A DNA stretch of 64,000 nt from Dicyema japonicum (lineage: Eukaryota; Animalia; Dicyemida). The stretch spans positions 967,232 through 1,031,231 of the forward strand of contig RDEW01000006.1 in the NCBI GenBank assembly GCA_011109175.1, read 5' to 3'. Under the pieces are notes generated by a model that was not told where the DNA came from, made no database searches, and saw only the letters and a program-made list of their open reading frames with translations. This document shows positions 49,823 through 63,820 of this stretch, piece after piece (position 1 is the first letter of the stretch; every line of letters starts with the position of its first letter). Both the position numbers and the translations under genes were made by a program.

Positions 49823-50199
49823 TTAGACTGATTTTGTGTTTTTTGTAATTTTTCGTTAATTTCTTTTATTTATGAGGTCACATCTCACATAACTGCCAAA
49901 TTCATATTATGGAAGACCTATTGGATTGTTCATCGTTATTTCTAAGATATATTTTTACGATTAAATATTTTAATATTCACAGGTTCATATAAACAAAGTA
50001 GAAAATATGAACATTTTGAGACTTTTCAGAGAAATATAATTTATCGAATTAATAAATCTGGCTTGATTTCTTAATGGAAATCTCGGATTTGACTTGAACT
50101 ACAAGAGACCTCACTATGGTGGGAGTTTCAACGATTTATTTGAATAAGTAACACAAAAGCAAATAAAAATATCTACAACTCTCAAAAAGTATAAAAAAT

Positions 50200-50410
50200 T
50201 GGAACCAGATTCCATGTACAGCTCGTTACGTCGAAACAGGCGAGTTTTCGGGTCCAAGACAGTCCCTTTTCCAAGATCACTTGAGCTAGTGATATCGAAA
50301 GTCAGTAATGAGCGTCGGGAAACCTAATGGTCGTTCCAAAGGATTTCTCTGGCAGTTGTCAGGGGAACAGCACTCCATCCTATCAGCTGGATTTTTGATT
50401 GTTGCTTAAT
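50200..50410 (+). mobile_element. CRE-type 3' end fragment
   Basis: VETGEFSGP and FQRISLAVVRG. Confidence 0.65.
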
Positions 50411-52437
50411 AAACTGTTTTTGTTTTCAATCTTAATGATTCGCAGTGTTTATAAGCCCTTAATTAGATCAGTTAGTGGTTATCTGGTATTAAGGTTGGGA
50501 TAACAACATATTTTAACATAGCACAGGTCTTACTTTTTGGCAACCATGGATGAGGTGACAGACTCAGGCGACATTAAAAACAACATTCTAAACAAAAAAA
50601 AGCCGGACCCAAATAGGATCTTTGTATTGACAGAATTGAGCTATTTTTGAGGTTTTATTTTCATTCATTATAGATCTGAAAAAAAATTTGTTTTTATTTA
50701 TGAAACTAATATCCGGGGACAGAATTATGTCAATTCTATTTGAATAATTTCTGATCTCAAAAAAATATTTTTAATATCTTGTCGTCATTGTCTTCTGCGG
50801 CGAACTCTTCGGTTATCGTTCAGATAATTTTGCGATAGACGCTGTTGAACACATTCAGAAATTGCATTTCGGGGACGATTATGAGGAATCAGGAAGTACT
50901 GGAATCAAGATTAATTGTCAATCGAGTGCTTTCTATCACAAAAGTGAAAAAACATATACATATGTATATAACTATCTAAAAAAGTTTCCTTCCACGTCAT
51001 TAAAGCTGAGAGAAGTTTTTTTTATTGGAAAAATTACTATCTAAAGACCAAAATTTAAGCCCGAAAACGTTTTGAATTACATTATTCTGTATTTTAATAA
51101 AGAATTTGATTAGTTTTTTATATTAAAAATTTTTTTTGTAGATAAATTTATCATAAAGTCAAAAAAGGTCAAAATTTTGGAATTTTAAAGTCAATAAAGT
51201 CAATTTTTAGGTAAAAATTTACGATTTATAAAGTCAAAATAAAAATCGCCCTAATTATAAGTTATCGAGAGACATAGTATTGGCATTATACAGCAGAGGT
51301 TGAGATGAATCAGAAGTACGCCCTTTTCGCTAGGAATTGGGAGTAATGTACCGGCGAAAAGTCCCTTTATGCAAAAATACAAGCAACTGTATTCAAGAGA
51401 AAGTCTCCATTGACGCACGTCATTGGAATTCTCTCATCCAAACTAAGAGGACAATAGTAAAGAGTTTGAAAAAACATGAAGAAATTAGTTGATAATTCTT
51501 ATTCGACATTGAAAGTATAATAAACAGATTGACGACAATAATTTTGAACTATTAATTATTCTCTACTAACGTTGCATGTTTGTTCGCACTATAATTTATA
51601 AATTTAATTAATAAACTTCAAAATATCTTTTCGGTGTGAATAAAATAATGGGGATCACGTGGTATTAGATTCACTTTCAAAAAATTGAACAAAATGACAT
51701 TTTTGGGATCAAATCAAAGGTTTTAGACTAATCTCTGAGTTACCGAAAATGAATTTTGAATATCACACTTGAAGATATTGAGGTTTCTCCATCTGTCATT
51801 TAGCAAGACGAGAAGTCCACGTCTGCTAAAAGAAAAACGGCGTGGGTACAGGAACAGGATAGGAACTTTAAAGGAAAAGGAAAGATTCCAAATGACTATC
51901 ATAAAAACATAATCTCTTAATTTATTCAATTAAAGATCACAAATCGTCATTATATTAAGAGAGGTCTCTCCGGTCTCACTCAATATTCTCCGCTTCTTAG
52001 GTATGCTCACGTGAGATAAACTCAATTTTTTCATGAAAAAAACCTTTAAAAATTGGATGGATCACGGAACTAGAAAACTTGATAGCTGTGTATTGAAAGT
52101 CTTCGGTTTTCCATAGGTTTGATTTTTATTATCTAAAAGAAAATGCAGAGAGAATTAATTAATTAGGTATAAATTTAAATTAAATTTATTTAATCAGAAA
52201 AACATCGTCATGGCCAGAACTAAAATTCAGGTGATCCCGCCCTCCCTCAGCAGTCTTCTGCGTGCTCGGACTTGAAGGAAGTGCCGTCCAGGGGAATTCA
52301 AGGTTTGATTATATATTAGTCCAACATTAGGTGGTGCCATCATAAATAATGGTTAAAAATAATTTGTACTTTATAATTTGTAACAATTAAATCAAATTAT
52401 AAAAAAATAATTTAAATTAAAAAACGTGTTAGTGTTA

Positions 52438-52766
52438 ATGGTTCAATTCAATGATTCCTATGGAGGTGATAATACAATGTCATATGAGAAACGTGAAAAC
52501 TTGATGAATCAAGTCAAGGAGGAAGTGGCTATGGCTAATATGCAGACATTCCTGAAGGTAATCAGTTATAGTCATTTTATAGAATTTAACAGAAAAATGT
52601 TTTGTAAAGTGCATAACCAAACCCTCAGCTTATTTGGACAGTTCTGACAAGGTACTGCCTCATAATATTGTAGAAATGTTTGTCAAACTGTAATGACCGA
52701 TATATGGAGACATTCCAAATTGTGTCTAAGTCTTATGCTGAACGATTACTTAATTATCAACATTAA
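52438..52766 (+). CDS. TIMM13: Mitochondrial small TIM chaperone Tim13, 93 aa, 3 exons
   Basis: Introns of 25 and 22 nt. [33 protein letters not shown]...KCLSNCNDRYMETFQIVSKSYAERL carries the twin CX3C motif. Confidence 0.92.
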
Positions 52767-52890
52767 TTGCTATTTGAACAAAGGTTTTGAACACTTTTAA
52801 TTTTTACCATCAAAAGTGATTGTACAGTAGATTTCTGGATTACCTAGTGGTGGTGTCATACAGTAAATAGTCGTGATTTTGGCCTTTAAG

Positions 52891-53400
52891 TAGGCTTGCC
52901 ATCCGTCCCGGAATTGCCAGGGCAGTCTCGGGTTTGGAGCCTTGTCCTGGATTTTGTCTCAGATTATCATATTTATTATTATTCAGTAATATGGGATTGT
53001 GACAATCAAAAATTTATAAAATTCATTCAGTTCAAAAATATAATCGAATTTCTTAGTTAATTTTAAATAAATTTTTTGTTTTCTGTGATATTTTTTGTTT
53101 TCTGTGAAAATTTTTTGTCCCTGAAAGTCTTTTTTGATTATCAATAATGTCCCGGATTTTTATAATAATAAAATGGTAAGCCTATCTTTAAGCAAATACA
53201 TTCTGAGTGTTGTTAGGAGTAGAACCTCACTTATCTGGGAACCCCTGTTTTTTGTGCACTTAGAGTCACCAGAATTTGTTTCACAGAGAATAACCGAAAC
53301 CTCGAGGTGTTGTCAATTGAGTTGAATTTGTTATTCAATTGCTTTCACTGTTTAAAATTCGTTCGTGCATGCAGTAAAATAAAATTGCTAGATTTGGCTG
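52891..53400 (+). mobile_element. Possible hAT-like relic
   Basis: Terminus taggcttgccatccgtcccg and repeated gtccc/gtcct subterminal motifs; no intact ORF. Confidence 0.3.
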
Positions 53401-53987
53401 CAAGTATTTCAATGGGAGATTACTATGTGTCAGAGGTAGGTGGAAGTGTTACATTCGTTAAGTTCAATCCCATCATCTAAATGCTATTGACTGATCATGT
53501 CATCTTAATCGAGCTTTACTTCAAGGCACAGGGTTGGACAAGTTTGCGGCATTTACTATAAAATTTCAGTTTCAAGTGATGAATTGATGGTATTGGCTTA
53601 AATAACAGGAAATTGTAATTCAAATCTTTAAAACAACAAATAAGTGTTAACTAAAGAATATTATTAGGGTTAACCACTAACAACCGCAACTTCTAAGCAT
53701 ATGGTTATTTAATGAATTATTAAAGATTTATTCAAACGTTGATTGTACTTAACCGACTAGCAATTAAGTTTTCAGTCATTTAAAACCAGAATCACCACTA
53801 TTTATTAAAAGGATAAGGGGCATCACGTAATCCCGGGATTTTACAGTAAAATGATTCAATCCCTAAAAAATTTATTATTATTAAATTATTAATAATATTT
53901 AATATTGATAATTTTAATTAATGTAAAATAAATTTAGAAAAAAATTTCTCATAAATTTTTAATTTTACGTAACCACAGTTACTGAAG

Positions 53988-56426
53988 ATGGAAAATGAAG
54001 GAATAGACTTAAAAATGAGTGAACTCGTCGATTTGGCATTAAGTCCAGAATCTCCACATGTTGTTAATTTTGGAGCTCTGCGTAGTTGTCTGCTCGCTAT
54101 GCTTGACAATGGGGACAAAAAGAACATAACAGTCTCCTCAAATATATTAAAAGGACAAGAGTGCAGATTAGAGAGAGTCAACGAATTGTGGAGTAGATTG
54201 GAGATCACGGAAAAGGCTGTGGAGGAGCTAAAGGGGAATTCGAATGAAACAGAGGATCTGCTAAAACGAGCCGGATTTGGACAGAAACCAAACGTCAGTG
54301 AATTTGCGATAAGCGACATTTGGAAGACCATAGAAATTGATCACAGAGTGGCTGCCAATTCAAATGGAATAGAAAAAGTGATCCTCAATCTAAATTTAGC
54401 TTGGAATAATAATGGACGGAATTTCGAAAGTGATGAAGGAAACTGATCGTCGTCAGAAGGAATTAGATAAGGTACTCCTTAACAATCTAAAATATCGATA
54501 TCTTCAAAGTTATCCTTTCGTGCACTGAAAGGCTTAGAGTACATTTTTAGTTTGCATAATTCGTGCATTGATTATAATCTAAATTCCTGGATTTTGCTTA
54601 ATTTGGCACGAAATTTAATATCCCGCTAAGCAATAATTACTTTAGTTCATTGAGGATATTCAAAACTCTGTTAGAGATCTCAGGGAAGAGGTCGAACACC
54701 AAACAGTTCTTTTTACGCGGGAAATATTTTAGAGAGAATTAAATGATACAATAAGTAATCTTTCTGATAATTACATCGACAAATCACTTTTGAAAGCATA
54801 CGTCACGTGGAATCAGTTGGAGGAGGCTTTGAAGGGGGTAATGGCTAGGATCCCTTCAGTTGAGGCAGTTTGCCAAACTGATCAGGTTTGGGTAACACAA
54901 TATTAGTAGTCCATATCAAAGATGAGGTCTCGGTCTGTTTCGAACTGTTCCTTGGGGTCTGAGGAATTGACCGAGTTGCTCAGCAAAATTGGGAGTCTGG
55001 CGAGCGACCACATTGAATTTATCAAGAAAATGGAGACATTGGAGGTTGTCCAACCAAAATAATGTTTAAGGAATCCCTCCAGGAGAAGGCCAACTCGAAT
55101 GAATTAGAAAATTATAGTAAATTTTATTACAAGTTCAGTGTTGGCTGACGAAATTAACGGAAAGTTCGATTCTCTAACTTCAAAGACCTCTCAAGTGGAG
55201 ACAAATTTAGAAAACGTGATTTTACGGATTTATGGCATAGATCGCTGCAAATGTTAAAGAAGTGGCTGAAACGACCAAGACTACTGCCAAGGACGTTCTT
55301 GATCTTACTGATAAGTTCACTGAGATTGTCGATAGAGTGGGGTGTTGTGAGGGATCCATTAAGGTCGTAAATGTCAGGATTTTAATAGGACCTCCAGTCA
55401 CTCTGCGTCATCTTGGACAACACGAAGGCGGATCGTTGCGCCATGGACATTGCTTTGGCTGAGGTAATATGTCTATCATTTTGTAGAAAGCCGATAAAGC
55501 GCTCTTTGAGGATTTATTGAGCCTCGACGTATTTAAGGAAACTATAAAAGGCATCGAAGAAGCAATTTTGGGGGTTAATACTAGACTGGATGACCAAGAG
55601 GCGGTATTCATGGTGGTAAAGAACACAGAATAATCAACTTCGGGAAGCCATGAGATTACTGGCGGAAGAAGTCGACACAAAACTGAGTAATAGCGAGTTT
55701 TCAAGATTTAAAAACTTTATCGACAAAAAAATTAGGGAACTCAGGAAAATGTCCTCGACTTTAGTCACTCAACCATCACCGGACGAGGCAGCCATTATTA
55801 ACAAGTCATCCATTTTAATATAGTTAGACGACTCCCAACCAGTTTTCACTGTCTTTCTTGTGGGAGACCCGTAAACGTGGTTGTCCACAGGTACATGATA
55901 TTATTATCAGATACTTAAATGACTCTGCCTCAGTGAGAACATCTTCAGCCGTCGCAGAATTCCCGAAATGCATGCTAATTCATCGCACAGGACAGTTATA
56001 AGGTTGTCCCCTTATTGTCAGCAAGACCTTATTCGTCGTTGAGGGCTAAATCAAAGGATCGGAGATTAAAGTAAAAAAGTGATATTAGTCTTAGTGAGAG
56101 GTATAACATGTGGGAATCCGACCACAGCTGTCTCCAGCAAAAGTTATATTAATTTGTAGTGTAGAAAAATGCCCCCCGTAATTTATAGCAGTCTTTCAGC
56201 GTTGGTTTACTATTTATGTTATAGAACTGAAAGACCTATAATGGGCAAGGATGGACACATTTATAAGGGAAGAATCAATGAGGACATTCCAGAGGAGAGT
56301 ATCAAATATCGTGTCCCCCTTATCTCTCAAGGTAGATTGACTCCAAGCGATGTCGAAGATCACACTCATGTAATAAATGACCAGATTATATATCAAGAGT
56401 TTCACCAAGAAACTGAGTACCTCTAA
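53988..56426 (+). CDS. DUF4795 / QRICH2-C16orf96-like coiled-coil protein, multi-exon
   Basis: N-terminal LSELVDLAL...VVNFGALRSCLLAML-type motif, VTWNQLE, FHCLSCGRP and MGKDGHIYKGR. More than ten 20-27 nt introns plus one 174-nt intron. Exons at 55900-56200 not fully resolved. Confidence 0.75.
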
Positions 56427-56598
56427 AGTATTTATTCTTAGTATAACAAATTCAGAACATAAAAATGGTAATACGCAATCAGAATTGAATATTAACAAAT
56501 AATTAATAATTTAATAATTTATTAATTTTTTTGAATTAAAACCTTTATTCGATAATAAAAATTATAAAAATGCATATACGATTGGTTGTGGAATAGAT

Positions 56599-57713
56599 CA
56601 GGGTTTCTTAAGCTTTTTAGCTTCAAGTTCAAATCGATAATTTACCCGTCCCTTTGGGGCCGCAAAAAATTAATTCAAAAATTTAATTAATTGTTATCTA
56701 ATTTGTCATAACACGGGATAAAGGAGGCACACGTAGATCGAAGCAACTGACTTACTATCAGTCAATTTATTTCGAATCATTTTTATGAAAATTGATTCAC
56801 ATAAATATGTTGAGTTTATAAGCATTTGTATATTCGGATAATTCAATCTTGAGAACTGAGGAAATTCCACATCTGATTGAAGGTCTATCAATTATAATTG
56901 GAGTGATGGTGGAGCATTCTTAGGATTTATATTAAATGGTGCTGCAAAATTTTTAATTAATGGCAAAATTTCATCAAAAATCTTAAAATAAACTTAATTT
57001 AAATAAACCTTAGAATGTTTTTCAAATTCTACAATTAGGTGACTGATAAAGGCAGTATATTTTCAAAAGAACCGCTGGTTTTATTTTCTTAAAAAGTGAA
57101 ATGGGTCTTTTGATTGTGATGACAAAATTTGTATTGCCCCTGTAATTCAAAATTCAACGAGGATAAATGAGAGAATAGATCGACCCAAAAAGTTAACTCG
57201 GCAATCCACTCTTACTGTTTGACAAAACGTGATATTTATTGTTTTTAACAAATTTTCTTAAGGAGTAGTTCAAAAATCTACGTTTTATTCAAATAAATAT
57301 ACATTTTAAGACACGCGGAACGACTCGACCATCGAACCGTTGTATGACAAAGCACATCACTATGGACTGTGTCAATATCCATTAATGTTTTTTTTAATCT
57401 CCTGAGAAAAACTTGAAAAATCTCCTGTGATTGAGAGATTACCCAAGTATCCAATCATAATTACATTTGCATTTTAAGTGACTTTGCTATGAGACAATGG
57501 CGCCAAAATAAGGTCAAGATTTTTTTCAAGTCTCCATTCAGAAAAAAAGTCCACGAAATTCTTTATTACAACCAATCATATTCGGCCCCCATCAGTACAA
57601 ATAGAAATTAATTTGAAGGATCAATGTTAAATTCAATGTTAATATAAAATTTATTTTAAAGCCTGGAAGTCGGGGCCGCATGCGGACCCGAGGGCTGCAC
57701 TTGAGAACCCCTG
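56599..57713 (-). mobile_element. Internally deleted Buster/Charlie-type hAT element
   Basis: Termini cagggtttcttaag (56599) and cttgagaacccctg (57713) with the gcggccccg/gcatgcgg subterminal motif; dimerisation-domain relic STYLCESIF on minus. Confidence 0.7.
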
Positions 57714-58015
57714 GGCTGTCCCTCTAATCTCTTGGACGATTATCTTGAAGATCGAGGCTAGCCGAAAAGGAGCCTCTAAAATCACGGAATGCTGGATTTC
57801 TGGAGAGTTCCATCGACCAATGCCTCTAAAAGCCTTGATACGAATGAACCATGGAACGCGCCGTCGTGAGTACGAAGATCCAGTCACCCGACCGATACAT
57901 GCTTGTGTGGGGTCGAGGGAGGAGCATCGGGCCAAGATGAGGTCCCTGTTAGAGCGTGCTGGGATCACCTGATTAGTTAGTTTGTGTAACCATGGTCTCT
58001 GGTGTTATTATTATT
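57714..58015 (+). mobile_element. Family-A LINE 3' copy
   Basis: RPIHACVGSREEHRAKMRSLLERAGIT* plus (TTA)n. Confidence 0.88.
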
Positions 58016-58029
58016 AGATACTTACATTG

Positions 58030-58330
58030 CTCTTCTTTAATTCCTAAGAGTTGTCATGTGATCATCCTGTAAAAAAGGAATACCAGCGATTGGCCGGTAT
58101 ACAAAAAGGATCTTTTCTCCAATTTTACAGGAATCTTCCTTTAAATCAGCATTATTTAACAAATGCTTTATAAATTTTACAATTCCCTTTCAATTCCCTT
58201 TGAAAAATTTGCTAATAAATGATATCACCGATGAAGTAATGGATTATAGAATCCTTTACTTTTTGAATTAATAAAGATTCCCTTTCTGTAGCATTCCAAA
58301 TATTGATAATCCGTGTTAAATTTTTAGCGG
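58030..58330 (-). mobile_element. CGGBP1-like hAT transposase fragment
   Basis: LKEDSCKIGE parallels LKKDSCKIGD at about 23670. Confidence 0.55.
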
Positions 58331-59989
58331 TCTAGTTGGCTGCATTTAACCAACCTCCACCTAGTTACAACGTGTTCATGAGGATAGCCAATTTGTGTGA
58401 TTGATTGACGTCGTGAGTTATTTTTGACCACAAGTGCCTCGATAGATGGTATTAATTTATCCACCTCAGGATAATGAAATTAAATCCAAAAACACAATTT
58501 TATAACAAATGTGCCACAAAGTGAAAAAGGTTTGAATACAACTGTTTCCTTGTCGATCATTAAAACAACGTTCTAAATTGAAATTGTCTAATAATTTTTG
58601 ATCTTAAGGTTGAGTGAGTGACTCTTTTATCCAAAGTGTAACTTCTGCTCTAAAGAAAATGAAAATCCTAAATTTTTCTCAAAAACACTAAATTACCAAA
58701 CTGGGTGCCTTGCTACAGTTTATAAACATTTTATCCAACCCACGATGACGTATGCAAGTCCTTCGTAGACAAAACAGATTTTACGCTCCTCGTCCTTGAA
58801 ACTATCCGCATTCTTATAGACTGAAATAAAGTTAATTGTACCAGAACATAAAATCACCCATTGTAAATCTCTTAATAGAATTATAACAGAAACTCTTAAA
58901 GGCGGCTGGTCCACCGAGCTGCCTTTTGTTCCATGCACTCTCAAAATATCTACAATCATCAGAAAGTTTGAGTCGGTGCCATTTCCAATGAGAAGAGCTG
59001 TACATGATTCTAGAGCCCACCGGACTAGTCCTCTCCCTTGTCGGTCTGGATCACATAGTTAGTTGAGAACATTTACTTCTTTCTCTTTGACCCAGTGATC
59101 CTGGAGTAATAATAATTGTTGACAACTATCCGTTCAGTGATAAACTATAAAATATCACGGTTAGTTTTTAATTATTAATTTTAAAATGACTACAAATCGA
59201 CATAAAAAAAATTGTACCTATAAGATAAGTTGACATAAAAATTAACTTCACTTTTTATTAAAGTGCATTACTTAAATAGACGCGTAGCGACATGTGGTGC
59301 TTCGTGGCTAATTGATTAAAGTTTCTGTTTTTGTTTGTCTGAACCATTTGTCAACGACCATCCAGAGGAGTTCCCCTAGACGGCTCTTCCTACGCATCCG
59401 GGCACTTTTCCGGTGGAGACTCGTAATGTCAAGAGAATTCCCAGGAACGCAGTTGGAACACTGAGAAAGATGCGGAGACTGTGAGGGAGGCTGGGATCAC
59501 CTGAAAGTTTGTTTATTTTGGATATGACGGTGGTTTTGGTTCAATTAATTAAATTACTTAATATCACTTTTACAATCAAATAAGTTGACTTTTGATTGTG
59601 GACTATATTAGTTAACTAATGATTATCTCCTCTTACCATCAGAATCTCACCACTATTGAAATTCAATCTACAGTTTGTGTGAGTCTCGTGTGCTTAATTG
59701 ATATATTTGTCATTTGTCAAAGACAGTCAAAAAGTTGATGATAAGGTTCGGATGCTCGTAGAATCCGGAACAGAGTGCCCAATAATTTCTGATGTCCACA
59801 CTGGTAAAGTCCCAACGAAATGAACTGGGAATAGTAATATGTCTATGGTCATAACAGGTGCTTATCGTCAAATCTACAAAAATTATTCTTTTCTTTTTAT
59901 TCTGTTCGCCCAAAGGTTTTAATAGGCACGTGCCGAAATTCACAATTAAAGTGACACTACGTTATGTTTTTTAGAAAGAGGGGTAGAGA

Positions 59990-60869
59990 TTATTCAGATC
60001 CATAATACAGTCCAACATCGATTTGGATTAAACCTCATCTTGGTTTTTGTAAAACCTTCTGCTTTTGGAACACTTGGTCATTTTGGTGTAGGTTAATTTG
60101 AGAAAAACTTGAAAAGCTCTTCTATAAAAATCTATAACAGATTCTTAGCAAAAAAGTTCGGAAAGAGCATTGGAACTGTCATAACGTTATGTACTCATCA
60201 TCCCAGAACAAAGGATTTTTTTTAATTCATGGTTACGTCGTTTAAAAGAAAAAGCCTTATTCTCGACAATGCTAATGAAAAACAAATTCATTCAAACATT
60301 GAATTAGTCTTTCTGCAAAAGAATTCAACTCCCATTCTTCAGCCATTGGATGATGAAATAATAAAATATTGGATTCAAATTATGGAATTTATATGATTAA
60401 TCCACAAATATTCCTTAAGTTAATTCACGACACTAATAATATCTGAGGCATACAAAATATTAAAATGTTGGAACAGTATTTAAAACAAGAAACAATCTCG
60501 TCATCAAACGATGAAAAAGTATCTGAAATTACAGAGGAGTTATTACACGAGGAAGAAATCAATAAAATATAATTGTGAATCATAAATGAAACAATAAAAT
60601 TTACTTTCAAACATATTAAGGATTCGTAAGAATCCATTTTAGCTATGATCCGTATTCCCTGAGTTTTACTCGTTTAGGGAAAAACTAAACTCGAAATATG
60701 AAAATTTGTATTTGGGAGTAGAATTGAACATTTTTTACCAATATACCAAAATAAAATTTGTTAAGCTTTATTTATACATTATTATTTCATAAAGTTATAA
60801 TTATTTATAGCCATAAGTTAAACCTCGGTTTTTTGGACTCTTGGTGTTCCAAATCGAGGTCGGACTATA
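59990..60869 (+). mobile_element. pogo/Tigger relic
   Basis: IELVFLQKNSTPILQPLDDEIIK (DDE_1). Terminus cgaggtcggactata; a similar end gggtccgactgta lies at about 26395-26407. Confidence 0.7.
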
Positions 60870-61282
60870 GTAGATTTCACTAATAGTTTCACCAAATGAC
60901 CAGTTATCGTAGTGGGTACTGTTATCGCTCGCGTGTTGGATTACCACATCGTTATCTACACTGTTGAAGGATTTACTTTTTCGCTATTAAATCCACTAAC
61001 CAACTCAGGAAACCCCCAATGCCTGGCCAGCATTCCAAAAAATCCCACTTCCAGTATAGGGGCTCTCGTAACGGAGGATACTTGAAAATGATACGTCCCA
61101 CTCCGACCGGAGGAACTGGATAAAACCTATTCAATGTATACCCAGGGTTATTGAGAACCCTACAATGTCACTTATAAACAAAATGTGGGGACAAGGTATC
61201 ACAAACGATTGGTGAATTATTATGGTCTCCTTAAATACCAAAGACAGGTGTAACCAACTGATAACATTAATATATTGATAGT

Positions 61283-62060
61283 CTAAAAGGGGGGCAAACC
61301 AACACTCTCCGGACGAAAGTTCTCGAATGAATCAATCCTTGCTTTCACTAGAGAGGCAAGTTTATCATCCCTCACGTCCTTTTCAGGGATCCAAACGACT
61401 TGCATGCCAGCCCGCACACCAGCCCAGGCACCATTGACGGAATCTTCGAATACCACGACCTTACATTTAGTCAAATATGTACTGTTGAATTATCCGTGGG
61501 AGGATTACTGAACCTTTTGGCACATACAAGATAACAATCAGGAGCAGGCTTGCCGTTCTTTATTTCTTCCTCTTCAGGGACACACAAACCATGACTGAAC
61601 AAACTAAATAAATCTTCATGAGCCTTTTCCTTTAGTGAATGTGCATATCCCCAGAACTGGTAGCAAATGCCAATGGAATATTGTGTTTATGTAGATGTCT
61701 TATTAAATATTCAACTCCTAAGCAGTGATAATGAGGACTAACCAGGAATAAGTGCTAAATTACTGAAATATGCTGTCCCCAGTCTGTTCATTTCTTCACT
61801 TATTTGACGTTCGTCCAAATTCACACCAACGTCTTAGAATGATTAATTTAAATGTCAACCTTTGAAGACGTAAGAAGCTTCCTTTAGATTTTTGCCCATA
61901 ACTCTATAGCGGATATCATCGGTGTACTCTTTTCCCCAGGCAGAAAATATTTCAGAAATGATAGACTTATAAATCGACTCTGAGTCTGAAAATAATAAAT
62001 ACAATCACCGATTATTACTCCATCAACGTCAAAGATAACGTGTGTAACTGATGGGGACAT
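61283..62060 (-). CDS. PUDP: HAD-superfamily pseudouridine-5'-phosphatase (HDHD1/GS1-like), about 226 aa, one 1-nt deficit
   Basis: VTHVIFDVDGVIIDSE, ATSS, GKPAPDCY, VFEDSVNG; introns 23, 27, 25, 23 nt. The spliced length is 680 nt, one short of frame; the deficit is at the G4 run 61649-61652. Confidence 0.88.
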
Positions 62061-62189
62061 TATTTTGATAATTTTAAACTATTTAATAATAATTTTATAA
62101 TTAATTTTATAATTAAAATTTTTATATAAATAAATTATCGAATTAACATTTGTAGATTGAATTCCAATAACTCTTGTGAATAGCGTACC

Positions 62190-63000
62190 TCTGTCCATTG
62201 TAGTGAGATTTTGATGGTAGGAAGATAATTGGAAGGGGTCTGCTGGAAAAGGGGTCTTAATGCCACCAAAAATATATTTGATTATCCATACCTTTCTTGA
62301 ACAGCTTTTTGAGATGCTTTCAACATGAAAAGGACATTTATGTGTCGAAGGTGATCCCCAAGATTTTCAGTTTCTTCGTGAAAGGTATTTTTGTCTGGCT
62401 TATAAATATATCCACGGTCATTTGTCCAAGTCGTTGTCTGAGGTAAATAAGGAAGAATATGATTTTTCAGTAGATATATCAAGCCGGTTATAACCTAAGT
62501 TTGAATCTTGCGAAGGTATTCTTGTAGTCTTGATGTTTTTGGGAGATGTTGATCGCGGGATCCGACTAATAGGTCATCAGCACATGATTGGAGGAAATCG
62601 TCTTTATTATCTGGTTGTGGTAAATTGGACTTATATAAGTTAAATAAGGCGGGTGATAAAGGGGAACCTTTGGGAAACCATTGGGTAGTAATTTTGAAAC
62701 TGATTTAGTCCTATCCATGTTTACCCGAGCACTTCTTCCATTGAAGTTAGCAAGCCAAAGTTGTATTTTGGGGTTGAAGGAGAGGCCAAATAATTTTCGG
62801 GTTAGAATTTTCTTGGAGACAGAGTCGAAGGCCTTTTGTTAATCGACCAATCTAGCGACGGCCTACAAGGATAAATTGGTTGATAAAAAGAGGTAGTATA
62901 GATTAAATAACCCCTTCTGAATTCATGCTGTGAGGATGAAAAAGAAGGGGCGGGGTTATAAGATTAAGTATCAGTTTTTACAATAATTTTGATAAGGCGC
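62190..63000 (-). mobile_element. LINE RT fragment
   Basis: KAFDSV and GSPLSPALFNLY on minus; frameshifted. Confidence 0.7.
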
Positions 63001-63074
63001 ATAGTAAAGAGATTTGTCGAAATGATGCAGGATTGTCCTTGTATTCATGTTTATTGAATAGTTCAGGGATCGCC

Positions 63075-63820
63075 AATGAGGCTCTTTGAGTTTTGTGGAT
63101 CTTTCAATTTTCAAAAATTATTACTTACGTCTCCAATAATGGCGGATCTATTCATGGCGGATATCACCACACCGGACGCCGAAAATGATATTATTCTGAC
63201 TTATGCCGACGACATAGTAATTGCGTCACGTGATCAGAACATTGCAACAAAATCTGGACCGACTTGACGAATGGCTATCTAAGAATCGCCCAGCTGCCAG
63301 CAGTGAGAAGTTCGTCACAACCCTATTTACATCAGACAAGAGACTGGGAAGAGGAAGGTTGACCTGAAGGCAACAATGAAGTTATGTTGATAACGTCATT
63401 ACAAAATGCAAAAAAATAATGTATTGAAATGCCTCACAGGCTTATAGAAGATCGGAAATCATACTGTATTGAGTACTATATACAAACAATACATTGAACC
63501 ATGCATCTCTTACACATGTGGTATCTGGGGCCACTCATCTCTTGGTCAAATGTCTTGAATATCGAGGCTAGCCAAAAAAGAGCCTCCAAAATCACGGAAC
63601 GCTGGATTTTCCAACCACCAATGCCTCTTGAAGCCATGATACGAATGAACCATGGGACGCGCCGTCGTGACTGCGAAGATCCAGTCACTCGACCGATACG
63701 TGCTTGTGTGGGGTCGAGGGAAGAGTATCGGGCAAGATGAGGTCCCTGCTAGAGCGTGTTGAGATCACGTGATTAGTTAGTTTGTGTAACCGTGGTCTCT
63801 GGTGTTATTATTATTATTAA
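63075..63820 (+). mobile_element. Young family-A LINE 3' copy
   Basis: TYADDIVIASRDQ and YIEPCIS; near-identical to 33540-34160, with a (TTA)n tail. Confidence 0.88.

Noticed and set aside
29904-62060. Alternative nuclear genetic code or stop-codon readthrough
   Set aside because: All conserved genes translate without internal stops under the standard code once micro-introns are removed.
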